From the human T2T-CHM13v2.0 reference genome, Homo sapiens, in assembly GCF_009914755.1 (NCBI RefSeq), contig NC_060930.1: 64,000 nucleotides of DNA. One strand, written 5' to 3'. Shown here in pieces: positions 27,001-42,500 of the stretch. A program made the translations under genes and the position numbers. The stretch's first letter is position 1. Every line of letters begins with the position of its first letter. A model generated the notes under the pieces. The model saw nothing but the letters and a program-made list of their open reading frames with translations, did no database searches and was not told the DNA's origin.

Positions 27001-27513
27001 GAAACTCCTTTGTGATGTGTGCATTCAATTCAAAGAGTGAAACCTCCCTTTTCACAGAGCAGTTTTGAAACACTGTTTTTGTAGGATTTCCAAGGGGATA
27101 TTTATAGCGCATTGAGCCTACGGCGGAAAAAGAAACATCTTCCTATAAAAACTAGACAGAATACTTCTCAGAATCTGCTTTGCGATGTGTGCGTTCAACT
27201 CACAGAGTAAAACTTTTCTTTTGATAGAGCAGTTTTGAAACACTCTTTTTGTAGTATTTGCATGTGTATATTTAGAGCGCATTGAAGCCCACAGTAGAAA
27301 AGGAAATAACTTCACCTAAAACCTAGACAGAAGCAATCTCAGAAACTACTTTGTGATGTGTACATTCAACTCACAGAGTGGAACTTTCCTCTTTATAGAG
27401 CAGTGTTGAAACACTCTTTTTGTAGAAACTGCAAGTGGATATTTGGACCTCTTTGAGGCCTTCGTTGGAAACGGGATTTCTTCCTATAACCCTAGACAGA
27501 AGAATTTTCAGAA

Positions 27514-30500
27514 ACCTCATTGTGATGTGTGCGTTCATCTCACAGAGTGGAGTCTTCCGTTTGATAGAGAAGTTTTGAAACCCTGTTCTTGTAGGATTTC
27601 CAAGTGGATATTTAGACCACTTTGAAGCCTATGATAGAAAAGGAAACATCTTCATGGAAAACATAGATAGAATCATCCTCAGAAACAACTTTGTGATGTG
27701 TGCGTTGAACTCACCGTCTTTAACCTTTCTTTTGGTAGAGAAGTTTTGAAACACTCTCTTTGTAAAGTCTACAAGTGGATATTTTGAGCCCTTGGAGGCA
27801 TTCTTTGGAAAAGGGAATGTCTTCACATAAAAGGCAGACGGAAGTGTTCTCAGAAACTGCTTTGTGATGTCTGTGTTCAACTCACAGAGTTTAACATTTC
27901 CTTTGATAGAGCGGTTTAGTAACCCTCTCTTTGTAGAATTTGGAAGTGTATACTAAGAGCGCTTTGAGGCCTATGGTAGAAAAGGAAATATCTTTCCATA
28001 AAAGCTAGACAGAAGCAATCTCAGAAACTCCTTTGCGATGTCTGCATTCAACTCACCGAGTGGAACATTCCTCTTGAGAGAGCAGTTTGGAAACACTCTT
28101 TCTGTAGAATCAGCTTGTTTGTATTTGGACCTCCTTGAGGCCTTCGTTGGAAACGGGTTTTCATCTTATAAACCCAGACAGAAGAATTCTCAGAGTCTTC
28201 TTTGTGATGTGTGCTTTCAACTCACCGAGATAAAGATTTCTCTTGATAGAGCAATTTGGAAACACTCTTTTTGTAGAATTTGCAAGGGTACATTGAGAGC
28301 GCTTTCAGGCCTATGGTAGAAAAGGGAATATCTTTCCATAAAAGGTAGACAGAAGCAATCTCAGAAACTACTTTGTGATGTGTGCATTCAACTCACCGAG
28401 TGCAACGTTCCTCTTGACCGAGCAGTTTGGAAACATTGTTTCTGTAGAATCTGCAAGTGGATATTTGGACCTCTTTGAGGCCTTCGTTGGAAACGGGATT
28501 TCTTCCTATAAACCCAGACAGAAGAATTCTCAGAGACTTCTTTGTGATGTGTGAATTCAACTCACAGTGTGGATCCTTCCTTTTGATAGAGCAGTTTTGA
28601 AACCCTGTTTTTGTAGTATTTCCAAGCGGATATTCGGAACGCCTTGAAGCGTATGGTAGAAAAGGAAATATCTTCCCATAAAACCTAGACAGAACCAATC
28701 TCAGAAACGACTTTGTGATGTCTGCATTCAAGTCACAGAGTTGAACATTTCTCTTGATAGAGCAGTTTTGAAACCCTCTTTCTGAAGGATCTGCAAGTGG
28801 ATATTTGGAACTCCTTTGGGTCTTCGTTGGAAACGGGATTTCTTCGTATAAATCTAGACAGAAGAATTCTCCGAAACTTCTTTGGTTGTGTGCATTCAAG
28901 TCACAGAGTGGAACCTTCCTTTGGATAGAGCAGTTTGAAACGCCGTGGTTGTAGTATTTCCAAGCGGATATTAGAGCGCCTTGAGGCCTATGGTAGAAAA
29001 GGAAATATCTTCCCATAAAACCTAGACGGAAGCAATCTCAGAAACTACTGTGTGATGGCTGCATTCCACACACACGGTGGAACATTTCTCTTGATAGAGC
29101 AGTTTTGAAACACTCTTTCTGTAGAATCTGCAAGTGGATAATTGGACCGCCTTGAGGCCTTCGTTGGAAACGGGATTTCTTCATGTTACTCTAGATAGAA
29201 GAATTCTCAAACACTGCTATGTGATGTTTGCATTCAAGTCACAGAGTGCAACATTCCTCTTGGTAGAGCAGTTGGGAAACACTCCTTTTGTAGAATCTGC
29301 AATGGGATATTTGGACTTCTTTGAGGCCTTCGTTGGAAACGGGATTTCTTCGTATGAATCTAGACAGAAGAATTCTCAGAAACTTCCTTGTGATGTGTGC
29401 ATTCAACTCAGCGAGTGGCACCTTCCTTTGGATACAGCAGTTTTGAAACACTGTTTTTGTAGTATTTCCAAGCGGATATTTAGAGCGCCTTGAAGCCTAT
29501 GCTAGAAATGGAAATATCTCCCCATAAAACCAAGACAGAAGCAATCTCAGAAACTAATGTGTGATGGCTGCATTCCACACACACGGTGGACCATTTCTCT
29601 TGATAGAGCAGTTTTGAAACACTCTTTCTGTAGAATCTGCAAGTGGATAATTGGACCTCCTAGAGGCCTTCGTTGGAAACGGGATTTCTTCATCTAAACC
29701 TACAGAGAAGAATTCTCAGTAACTTCTTCGGATGTGTGCATTCGACGCACAGAATGGAACATTCCCTTTGATAGAGCAGTTTTGAGACACCGTTTTTGTA
29801 GAATTCCCAAGTGGATATTTAGAGCACTTTGAAGTCTCTGCTAGAAAAGGAAACATCTTCATGTAAAAAGTAGATAGAATCGTTCTCAGAAAGTGCTTAG
29901 TGACGTGTGCGTTCAACTCACAGAGTTTAACGTTTCTTTTGATAGAGCGTTTCTGAAACACCCTTCTTGTAGTAGCTGCAAGTGGATATTTGGACCTATT
30001 GGAGGCCTTCTTTGGAAATGGGATTTCTTCATGTAACTCTAGATTGAAGAGTTCTCAGAAACTCCTTTGTGATGTGTGCATTCAATTCAAAGAGTGAAAC
30101 CTCCCTTTTCACAGAGCAGTTTTGAAACACTGTTTTTGTAGGATTTCCAAGGGGATATTTATAGCGCATTGAGCCTACGGCGGAAAAAGAAACATCTTCC
30201 TATAAAAACTAGACAGAATACTTCTCAGAATCTGCTTTGCGATGTGTGCGTTCAACTCACAGAGTAAAACTTTTCTTTTGATAGAGCAGTTTTGAAACAC
30301 TCTTTTTGTAGTATTTGCATGTGTATATTTAGAGCGCATTGAAGCCCACAGTAGAAAAGGAAATAACTTCACCTAAAACCTAGACAGAAGCAATCTCAGA
30401 AACTACTTTGTGATGTGTACATTCAACTCACAGAGTGGAACTTTCCTCTTTATAGAGCAGTGTTGAAACACTCTTTTTGTAGAAACTGCAAGTGGATATT

Positions 30501-33500
30501 TGGACCTCTTTGAGGCCTTCGTTGGAAACGGGATTTCTTCCTATAACCCTAGACAGAAGAATTTTCAGAAACCTCATTGTGATGTGTGCGTTCATCTCAC
30601 AGAGTGGAGTCTTCCGTTTGATAGAGAAGTTTTGAAACCCTGTTCTTGTAGGATTTCCAAGTGGATATTTAGACCACTTTGAAGCCTATGATAGAAAAGG
30701 AAACATCTTCATGGAAAACATAGATAGAATCATCCTCAGAAACAACTTTGTGATGTGTGCGTTGAACTCACCGTCTTTAACCTTTCTTTTGGTAGAGAAG
30801 TTTTGAAACACTCTCTTTGTAAAGTCTACAAGTGGATATTTTGAGCCCTTGGAGGCATTCTTTGGAAAAGGGAATGTCTTCACATAAAAGGCAGACGGAA
30901 GTGTTCTCAGAAACTGCTTTGTGATGTCTGTGTTCAACTCACAGAGTTTAACATTTCCTTTGATAGAGCGGTTTAGTAACCCTCTCTTTGTAGAATTTGG
31001 AAGTGTATACTAAGAGCGCTTTGAGGCCTATGGTAGAAAAGGAAATATCTTTCCATAAAAGCTAGACAGAAGCAATCTCAGAAACTCCTTTGCGATGTCT
31101 GCATTCAACTCACCGAGTGGAACATTCCTCTTGAGAGAGCAGTTTGGAAACACTCTTTCTGTAGAATCAGCTTGTTTGTATTTGGACCTCCTTGAGGCCT
31201 TCGTTGGAAACGGGTTTTCATCTTATAAACCCAGACAGAAGAATTCTCAGAGTCTTCTTTGTGATGTGTGCTTTCAACTCACCGAGATAAAGATTTCTCT
31301 TGATAGAGCAATTTGGAAACACTCTTTTTGTAGAATTTGCAAGGGTACATTGAGAGCACTTTCAGGCCTATGGTAGAAAAGGGAATATCTTTCCATAAAA
31401 GGTAGACAGAAGCAATCTCAGAAACTACTTTGTGATGTGTGCATTCAACTCACCGAGTGCAACGTTCCTCTTGACCGAGCAGTTTGGAAACATTGTTTCT
31501 GTAGAATCTGCAAGTGGATATTTGGACCTCTTTGAGGCCTTCGTTGGAAACGGGATTTCTTCCTATAAACCCAGACAGAAGAATTCTCAGAGACTTCTTT
31601 GTGATGTGTGAATTCAACTCACAGTGTGGATCCTTCCTTTTGATAGAGCAGTTTTGAAACCCTGTTTTTGTAGTATTTCCAAGCGGATATTCGGAACGCC
31701 TTGAAGCGTATGGTAGAAAAGGAAATATCTTCCCATAAAACCTAGACAGAACCAATCTCAGAAACGACTTTGTGATGTCTGCATTCAAGTCACAGAGTTG
31801 AACATTTCTCTTGATAGAGCAGTTTTGAAACCCTCTTTCTGAAGGATCTGCAAGTGGATATTTGGAACTCCTTTGGGTCTTCGTTGGAAACGGGATTTCT
31901 TCGTATAAATCTAGACAGAAGAATTCTCCGAAACTTCTTTGGTTGTGTGCATTCAAGTCACAGAGTGGAACCTTCCTTTGGATAGAGCAGTTTGAAACGC
32001 CGTGGTTGTAGTATTTCCAAGCGGATATTAGAGCGCCTTGAGGCCTATGGTAGAAAAGGAAATATCTTCCCATAAAACCTAGACGGAAGCAATCTCAGAA
32101 ACTACTGTGTGATGGCTGCATTCCACACACACGGTGGAACATTTCTCTTGATAGAGCAGTTTTGAAACACTCTTTCTGTAGAATCTGCAAGTGGATAATT
32201 GGACCGCCTTGAGGCCTTCGTTGGAAACGGGATTTCTTCATGTTACTCTAGATAGAAGAATTCTCAAACACTGCTATGTGATGTTTGCATTCAAGTCACA
32301 GAGTGCAACATTCCTCTTGGTAGAGCAGTTGGGAAACACTCCTTTTGTAGAATCTGCAATGGGATATTTGGACTTCTTTGAGGCCTTCGTTGGAAACGGG
32401 ATTTCTTCGTATGAATCTAGACAGAAGAATTCTCAGAAACTTCCTTGTGATGTGTGCATTCAACTCAGCGAGTGGCACCTTCCTTTGGATACAGCAGTTT
32501 TGAAACACTGTTTTTGTAGTATTTCCAAGCGGATATTTAGAGCGCCTTGAAGCCTATGCTAGAAATGGAAATATCTCCCCATAAAACCAAGACAGAAGCA
32601 ATCTCAGAAACTAATGTGTGATGGCTGCATTCCACACACACGGTGGACCATTTCTCTTGATAGAGCAGTTTTGAAACACTCTTTCTGTAGAATCTGCAAG
32701 TGGATAATTGGACCTCCTAGAGGCCTTCGTTGGAAACGGGATTTCTTCATCTAAACCTACAGAGAAGAATTCTCAGTAACTTCTTCGGATGTGTGCATTC
32801 GACGCACAGAATGGAACATTCCCTTTGATAGAGCAGTTTTGAGACACCGTTTTTGTAGAATTCCCAAGTGGATATTTAGAGCACTTTGAAGTCTCTGCTA
32901 GAAAAGGAAACATCTTCATGTAAAAAGTAGATAGAATCGTTCTCAGAAAGTGCTTAGTGACGTGTGCGTTCAACTCACAGAGTTTAACGTTTCTTTTGAT
33001 AGAGCGTTTCTGAAACACCCTTCTTGTAGTAGCTGCAAGTGGATATTTGGACCTATTGGAGGCCTTCTTTGGAAATGGGATTTCTTCATGTAACTCTAGA
33101 TTGAAGAGTTCTCAGAAACTCCTTTGTGATGTGTGCATTCAATTCAAAGAGTGAAACCTCCCTTTTCACAGAGCAGTTTTGAAACACTGTTTTTGTAGGA
33201 TTTCCAAGGGGATATTTATAGCGCATTGAGCCTACGGCGGAAAAAGAAACATCTTCCTATAAAAACTAGACAGAATACTTCTCAGAATCTGCTTTGCGAT
33301 GTGTGCGTTCAACTCACAGAGTAAAACTTTTCTTTTGATAGAGCAGTTTTGAAACACTCTTTTTGTAGTATTTGCATGTGTATATTTAGAGCGCATTGAA
33401 GCCCACAGTAGAAAAGGAAATAACTTCACCTAAAACCTAGACAGAAGCAATCTCAGAAACTACTTTGTGATGTGTACATTCAACTCACAGAGTGGAACTT

Positions 33501-36500
33501 TCCTCTTTATAGAGCAGTGTTGAAACACTCTTTTTGTAGAAACTGCAAGTGGATATTTGGACCTCTTTGAGGCCTTCGTTGGAAACGGGATTTCTTCCTA
33601 TAACCCTAGACAGAAGAATTTTCAGAAACCTCATTGTGATGTGTGCGTTCATCTCACAGAGTGGAGTCTTCCGTTTGATAGAGAAGTTTTGAAACCCTGT
33701 TCTTGTAGGATTTCCAAGTGGATATTTAGACCACTTTGAAGCCTATGATAGAAAAGGAAACATCTTCATGGAAAACATAGATAGAATCATCCTCAGAAAC
33801 AACTTTGTGATGTGTGCGTTGAACTCACCGTCTTTAACCTTTCTTTTGGTAGAGAAGTTTTGAAACACTCTCTTTGTAAAGTCTACAAGTGGATATTTTG
33901 AGCCCTTGGAGGCATTCTTTGGAAAAGGGAATGTCTTCACATAAAAGGCAGACGGAAGTGTTCTCAGAAACTGCTTTGTGATGTCTGTGTTCAACTCACA
34001 GAGTTTAACATTTCCTTTGATAGAGCGGTTTAGTAACCCTCTCTTTGTAGAATTTGGAAGTGTATACTAAGAGCGCTTTGAGGCCTATGGTAGAAAAGGA
34101 AATATCTTTCCATAAAAGCTAGACAGAAGCAATCTCAGAAACTCCTTTGCGATGTCTGCATTCAACTCACCGAGTGGAACATTCCTCTTGAGAGAGCAGT
34201 TTGGAAACACTCTTTCTGTAGAATCAGCTTGTTTGTATTTGGACCTCCTTGAGGCCTTCGTTGGAAACGGGTTTTCATCTTATAAACCCAGACAGAAGAA
34301 TTCTCAGAGTCTTCTTTGTGATGTGTGCTTTCAACTCACCGAGATAAAGATTTCTCTTGATAGAGCAATTTGGAAACACTCTTTTTGTAGAATTTGCAAG
34401 GGTACATTGAGAGCGCTTTCAGGCCTATGGTAGAAAAGGGAATATCTTTCCATAAAAGGTAGACAGAAGCAATCTCAGAAACTACTTTGTGATGTGTGCA
34501 TTCAACTCACCGAGTGCAACGTTCCTCTTGACCGAGCAGTTTGGAAACATTGTTTCTGTAGAATCTGCAAGTGGATATTTGGACCTCTTTGAGGCCTTCG
34601 TTGGAAACGGGATTTCTTCCTATAAACCCAGACAGAAGAATTCTCAGAGACTTCTTTGTGATGTGTGAATTCAACTCACAGTGTGGATCCTTCCTTTTGA
34701 TAGAGCAGTTTTGAAACCCTGTTTTTGTAGTATTTCCAAGCGGATATTCGGAACGCCTTGAAGCGTATGGTAGAAAAGGAAATATCTTCCCATAAAACCT
34801 AGACAGAACCAATCTCAGAAACGACTTTGTGATGTCTGCATTCAAGTCACAGAGTTGAACATTTCTCTTGATAGAGCAGTTTTGAAACCCTCTTTCTGAA
34901 GGATCTGCAAGTGGATATTTGGAACTCCTTTGGGTCTTCGTTGGAAACGGGATTTCTTCGTATAAATCTAGACAGAAGAATTCTCCGAAACTTCTTTGGT
35001 TGTGTGCATTCAAGTCACAGAGTGGAACCTTCCTTTGGATAGAGCAGTTTGAAACGCCGTGGTTGTAGTATTTCCAAGCGGATATTAGAGCGCCTTGAGG
35101 CCTATGGTAGAAAAGGAAATATCTTCCCATAAAACCTAGACGGAAGCAATCTCAGAAACTACTGTGTGATGGCTGCATTCCACACACACGGTGGAACATT
35201 TCTCTTGATAGAGCAGTTTTGAAACACTCTTTCTGTAGAATCTGCAAGTGGATAATTGGACCGCCTTGAGGCCTTCGTTGGAAACGGGATTTCTTCATGT
35301 TACTCTAGATAGAAGAATTCTCAAACACTGCTATGTGATGTTTGCATTCAAGTCACAGAGTGCAACATTCCTCTTGGTAGAGCAGTTGGGAAACACTCCT
35401 TTTGTAGAATCTGCAATGGGATATTTGGACTTCTTTGAGGCCTTCGTTGGAAACGGGATTTCTTCGTATGAATCTAGACAGAAGAATTCTCAGAAACTTC
35501 CTTGTGATGTGTGCATTCAACTCAGCGAGTGGCACCTTCCTTTGGATACAGCAGTTTTGAAACACTGTTTTTGTAGTATTTCCAAGCGGATATTTAGAGC
35601 GCCTTGAAGCCTATGCTAGAAATGGAAATATCTCCCCATAAAACCAAGACAGAAGCAATCTCAGAAACTAATGTGTGATGGCTGCATTCCACACACACGG
35701 TGGACCATTTCTCTTGATAGAGCAGTTTTGAAACACTCTTTCTGTAGAATCTGCAAGTGGATAATTGGACCTCCTAGAGGCCTTCGTTGGAAACGGGATT
35801 TCTTCATCTAAACCTACAGAGAAGAATTCTCAGTAACTTCTTCGGATGTGTGCATTCGACGCACAGAATGGAACATTCCCTTTGATAGAGCAGTTTTGAG
35901 ACACCGTTTTTGTAGAATTCCCAAGTGGATATTTAGAGCACTTTGAAGTCTCTGCTAGAAAAGGAAACATCTTCATGTAAAAAGTAGATAGAATCGTTCT
36001 CAGAAAGTGCTTAGTGACGTGTGCGTTCAACTCACAGAGTTTAACGTTTCTTTTGATAGAGCGTTTCTGAAACACCCTTCTTGTAGTAGCTGCAAGTGGA
36101 TATTTGGACCTATTGGAGGCCTTCTTTGGAAATGGGATTTCTTCATGTAACTCTAGATTGAAGAGTTCTCAGAAACTCCTTTGTGATGTGTGCATTCAAT
36201 TCAAAGAGTGAAACCTCCCTTTTCACAGAGCAGTTTTGAAACACTGTTTTTGTAGGATTTCCAAGGGGATATTTATAGCGCATTGAGCCTACGGCGGAAA
36301 AAGAAACATCTTCCTATAAAAACTAGACAGAATACTTCTCAGAATCTGCTTTGCGATGTGTGCGTTCAACTCACAGAGTAAAACTTTTCTTTTGATAGAG
36401 CAGTTTTGAAACACTCTTTTTGTAGTATTTGCATGTGTATATTTAGAGCGCATTGAAGCCCACAGTAGAAAAGGAAATAACTTCACCTAAAACCTAGACA

Positions 36501-39500
36501 GAAGCAATCTCAGAAACTACTTTGTGATGTGTACATTCAACTCACAGAGTGGAACTTTCCTCTTTATAGAGCAGTGTTGAAACACTCTTTTTGTAGAAAC
36601 TGCAAGTGGATATTTGGACCTCTTTGAGGCCTTCGTTGGAAACGGGATTTCTTCCTATAACCCTAGACAGAAGAATTTTCAGAAACCTCATTGTGATGTG
36701 TGCGTTCATCTCACAGAGTGGAGTCTTCCGTTTGATAGAGAAGTTTTGAAACCCTGTTCTTGTAGGATTTCCAAGTGGATATTTAGACCACTTTGAAGCC
36801 TATGATAGAAAAGGAAACATCTTCATGGAAAACATAGATAGAATCATCCTCAGAAACAACTTTGTGATGTGTGCGTTGAACTCACCGTCTTTAACCTTTC
36901 TTTTGGTAGAGAAGTTTTGAAACACTCTCTTTGTAAAGTCTACAAGTGGATATTTTGAGCCCTTGGAGGCATTCTTTGGAAAAGGGAATGTCTTCACATA
37001 AAAGGCAGACGGAAGTGTTCTCAGAAACTGCTTTGTGATGTCTGTGTTCAACTCACAGAGTTTAACATTTCCTTTGATAGAGCGGTTTAGTAACCCTCTC
37101 TTTGTAGAATTTGGAAGTGTATACTAAGAGCGCTTTGAGGCCTATGGTAGAAAAGGAAATATCTTTCCATAAAAGCTAGACAGAAGCAATCTCAGAAACT
37201 CCTTTGCGATGTCTGCATTCAACTCACCGAGTGGAACATTCCTCTTGAGAGAGCAGTTTGGAAACACTCTTTCTGTAGAATCAGCTTGTTTGTATTTGGA
37301 CCTCCTTGAGGCCTTCGTTGGAAACGGGTTTTCATCTTATAAACCCAGACAGAAGAATTCTCAGAGTCTTCTTTGTGATGTGTGCTTTCAACTCACCGAG
37401 ATAAAGATTTCTCTTGATAGAGCAATTTGGAAACACTCTTTTTGTAGAATTTGCAAGGGTACATTGAGAGCGCTTTCAGGCCTATGGTAGAAAAGGGAAT
37501 ATCTTTCCATAAAAGGTAGACAGAAGCAATCTCAGAAACTACTTTGTGATGTGTGCATTCAACTCACCGAGTGCAACGTTCCTCTTGACCGAGCAGTTTG
37601 GAAACATTGTTTCTGTAGAATCTGCAAGTGGATATTTGGACCTCTTTGAGGCCTTCGTTGGAAACGGGATTTCTTCCTATAAACCCAGACAGAAGAATTC
37701 TCAGAGACTTCTTTGTGATGTGTGAATTCAACTCACAGTGTGGATCCTTCCTTTTGATAGAGCAGTTTTGAAACCCTGTTTTTGTAGTATTTCCAAGCGG
37801 ATATTCGGAACGCCTTGAAGCGTATGGTAGAAAAGGAAATATCTTCCCATAAAACCTAGACAGAACCAATCTCAGAAACGACTTTGTGATGTCTGCATTC
37901 AAGTCACAGAGTTGAACATTTCTCTTGATAGAGCAGTTTTGAAACCCTCTTTCTGAAGGATCTGCAAGTGGATATTTGGAACTCCTTTGGGTCTTCGTTG
38001 GAAACGGGATTTCTTCGTATAAATCTAGACAGAAGAATTCTCCGAAACTTCTTTGGTTGTGTGCATTCAAGTCACAGAGTGGAACCTTCCTTTGGATAGA
38101 GCAGTTTGAAACGCCGTGGTTGTAGTATTTCCAAGCGGATATTAGAGCGCCTTGAGGCCTATGGTAGAAAAGGAAATATCTTCCCATAAAACCTAGACGG
38201 AAGCAATCTCAGAAACTACTGTGTGATGGCTGCATTCCACACACACGGTGGAACATTTCTCTTGATAGAGCAGTTTTGAAACACTCTTTCTGTAGAATCT
38301 GCAAGTGGATAATTGGACCGCCTTGAGGCCTTCGTTGGAAACGGGATTTCTTCATGTTACTCTAGATAGAAGAATTCTCAAACACTGCTATGTGATGTTT
38401 GCATTCAAGTCACAGAGTGCAACATTCCTCTTGGTAGAGCAGTTGGGAAACACTCCTTTTGTAGAATCTGCAATGGGATATTTGGACTTCTTTGAGGCCT
38501 TCGTTGGAAACGGGATTTCTTCGTATGAATCTAGACAGAAGAATTCTCAGAAACTTCCTTGTGATGTGTGCATTCAACTCAGCGAGTGGCACCTTCCTTT
38601 GGATACAGCAGTTTTGAAACACTGTTTTTGTAGTATTTCCAAGCGGATATTTAGAGCGCCTTGAAGCCTATGCTAGAAATGGAAATATCTCCCCATAAAA
38701 CCAAGACAGAAGCAATCTCAGAAACTAATGTGTGATGGCTGCATTCCACACACACGGTGGACCATTTCTCTTGATAGAGCAGTTTTGAAACACTCTTTCT
38801 GTAGAATCTGCAAGTGGATAATTGGACCTCCTAGAGGCCTTCGTTGGAAACGGGATTTCTTCATCTAAACCTACAGAGAAGAATTCTCAGTAACTTCTTC
38901 GGATGTGTGCATTCGACGCACAGAATGGAACATTCCCTTTGATAGAGCAGTTTTGAGACACCGTTTTTGTAGAATTCCCAAGTGGATATTTAGAGCACTT
39001 TGAAGTCTCTGCTAGAAAAGGAAACATCTTCATGTAAAAAGTAGATAGAATCGTTCTCAGAAAGTGCTTAGTGACGTGTGCGTTCAACTCACAGAGTTTA
39101 ACGTTTCTTTTGATAGAGCGTTTCTGAAACACCCTTCTTGTAGTAGCTGCAAGTGGATATTTGGACCTATTGGAGGCCTTCTTTGGAAATGGGATTTCTT
39201 CATGTAACTCTAGATTGAAGAGTTCTCAGAAACTCCTTTGTGATGTGTGCATTCAATTCAAAGAGTGAAACCTCCCTTTTCACAGAGCAGTTTTGAAACA
39301 CTGTTTTTGTAGGATTTCCAAGGGGATATTTATAGCGCATTGAGCCTACGGCGGAAAAAGAAACATCTTCCTATAAAAACTAGACAGAATACTTCTCAGA
39401 ATCTGCTTTGCGATGTGTGCGTTCAACTCACAGAGTAAAACTTTTCTTTTGATAGAGCAGTTTTGAAACACTCTTTTTGTAGTATTTGCATGTGTATATT

Positions 39501-42500
39501 TAGAGCGCATTGAAGCCCACAGTAGAAAAGGAAATAACTTCACCTAAAACCTAGACAGAAGCAATCTCAGAAACTACTTTGTGATGTGTACATTCAACTC
39601 ACAGAGTGGAACTTTCCTCTTTATAGAGCAGTGTTGAAACACTCTTTTTGTAGAAACTGCAAGTGGATATTTGGACCTCTTTGAGGCCTTCGTTGGAAAC
39701 GGGATTTCTTCCTATAACCCTAGACAGAAGAATTTTCAGAAACCTCATTGTGATGTGTGCGTTCATCTCACAGAGTGGAGTCTTCCGTTTGATAGAGAAG
39801 TTTTGAAACCCTGTTCTTGTAGGATTTCCAAGTGGATATTTAGACCACTTTGAAGCCTATGATAGAAAAGGAAACATCTTCATGGAAAACATAGATAGAA
39901 TCATCCTCAGAAACAACTTTGTGATGTGTGCGTTGAACTCACCGTCTTTAACCTTTCTTTTGGTAGAGAAGTTTTGAAACACTCTCTTTGTAAAGTCTAC
40001 AAGTGGATATTTTGAGCCCTTGGAGGCATTCTTTGGAAAAGGGAATGTCTTCACATAAAAGGCAGACGGAAGTGTTCTCAGAAACTGCTTTGTGATGTCT
40101 GTGTTCAACTCACAGAGTTTAACATTTCCTTTGATAGAGCGGTTTAGTAACCCTCTCTTTGTAGAATTTGGAAGTGTATACTAAGAGCGCTTTGAGGCCT
40201 ATGGTAGAAAAGGAAATATCTTTCCATAAAAGCTAGACAGAAGCAATCTCAGAAACTCCTTTGCGATGTCTGCATTCAACTCACCGAGTGGAACATTCCT
40301 CTTGAGAGAGCAGTTTGGAAACACTCTTTCTGTAGAATCAGCTTGTTTGTATTTGGACCTCCTTGAGGCCTTCGTTGGAAACGGGTTTTCATCTTATAAA
40401 CCCAGACAGAAGAATTCTCAGAGTCTTCTTTGTGATGTGTGCTTTCAACTCACCGAGATAAAGATTTCTCTTGATAGAGCAATTTGGAAACACTCTTTTT
40501 GTAGAATTTGCAAGGGTACATTGAGAGCGCTTTCAGGCCTATGGTAGAAAAGGGAATATCTTTCCATAAAAGGTAGACAGAAGCAATCTCAGAAACTACT
40601 TTGTGATGTGTGCATTCAACTCACCGAGTGCAACGTTCCTCTTGACCGAGCAGTTTGGAAACATTGTTTCTGTAGAATCTGCAAGTGGATATTTGGACCT
40701 CTTTGAGGCCTTCGTTGGAAACGGGATTTCTTCCTATAAACCCAGACAGAAGAATTCTCAGAGACTTCTTTGTGATGTGTGAATTCAACTCACAGTGTGG
40801 ATCCTTCCTTTTGATAGAGCAGTTTTGAAACCCTGTTTTTGTAGTATTTCCAAGCGGATATTCGGAACGCCTTGAAGCGTATGGTAGAAAAGGAAATATC
40901 TTCCCATAAAACCTAGACAGAACCAATCTCAGAAACGACTTTGTGATGTCTGCATTCAAGTCACAGAGTTGAACATTTCTCTTGATAGAGCAGTTTTGAA
41001 ACCCTCTTTCTGAAGGATCTGCAAGTGGATATTTGGAACTCCTTTGGGTCTTCGTTGGAAACGGGATTTCTTCGTATAAATCTAGACAGAAGAATTCTCC
41101 GAAACTTCTTTGGTTGTGTGCATTCAAGTCACAGAGTGGAACCTTCCTTTGGATAGAGCAGTTTGAAACGCCGTGGTTGTAGTATTTCCAAGCGGATATT
41201 AGAGCGCCTTGAGGCCTATGGTAGAAAAGGAAATATCTTCCCATAAAACCTAGACGGAAGCAATCTCAGAAACTACTGTGTGATGGCTGCATTCCACACA
41301 CACGGTGGAACATTTCTCTTGATAGAGCAGTTTTGAAACACTCTTTCTGTAGAATCTGCAAGTGGATAATTGGACCGCCTTGAGGCCTTCGTTGGAAACG
41401 GGATTTCTTCATGTTACTCTAGATAGAAGAATTCTCAAACACTGCTATGTGATGTTTGCATTCAAGTCACAGAGTGCAACATTCCTCTTGGTAGAGCAGT
41501 TGGGAAACACTCCTTTTGTAGAATCTGCAATGGGATATTTGGACTTCTTTGAGGCCTTCGTTGGAAACGGGATTTCTTCGTATGAATCTAGACAGAAGAA
41601 TTCTCAGAAACTTCCTTGTGATGTGTGCATTCAACTCAGCGAGTGGCACCTTCCTTTGGATACAGCAGTTTTGAAACACTGTTTTTGTAGTATTTCCAAG
41701 CGGATATTTAGAGCGCCTTGAAGCCTATGCTAGAAATGGAAATATCTCCCCATAAAACCAAGACAGAAGCAATCTCAGAAACTAATGTGTGATGGCTGCA
41801 TTCCACACACACGGTGGACCATTTCTCTTGATAGAGCAGTTTTGAAACACTCTTTCTGTAGAATCTGCAAGTGGATAATTGGACCTCCTAGAGGCCTTCG
41901 TTGGAAACGGGATTTCTTCATCTAAACCTACAGAGAAGAATTCTCAGTAACTTCTTCGGATGTGTGCATTCGACGCACAGAATGGAACATTCCCTTTGAT
42001 AGAGCAGTTTTGAGACACCGTTTTTGTAGAATTCCCAAGTGGATATTTAGAGCACTTTGAAGTCTCTGCTAGAAAAGGAAACATCTTCATGTAAAAAGTA
42101 GATAGAATCGTTCTCAGAAAGTGCTTAGTGACGTGTGCGTTCAACTCACAGAGTTTAACGTTTCTTTTGATAGAGCGTTTCTGAAACACCCTTCTTGTAG
42201 TAGCTGCAAGTGGATATTTGGACCTATTGGAGGCCTTCTTTGGAAATGGGATTTCTTCATGTAACTCTAGATTGAAGAGTTCTCAGAAACTCCTTTGTGA
42301 TGTGTGCATTCAATTCAAAGAGTGAAACCTCCCTTTTCACAGAGCAGTTTTGAAACACTGTTTTTGTAGGATTTCCAAGGGGATATTTATAGCGCATTGA
42401 GCCTACGGCGGAAAAAGAAACATCTTCCTATAAAAACTAGACAGAATACTTCTCAGAATCTGCTTTGCGATGTGTGCGTTCAACTCACAGAGTAAAACTT

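Larger units (their letters stand above)
1..27513 (+). repeat. HOR units 1-9 (3057 bp each; arbitrary phase; starts 1, 3058, 6115, 9172, 12229, 15286, 18343, 21400, 24457), mixed SNV haplotypes
   Basis: ACCTCATTGTGATG recurs every 3057 bp. HOR position 1122 is C or T depending on the unit, seen as RRSE versus RRSK in the 207-aa pseudo-ORF. Confidence 0.95.
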
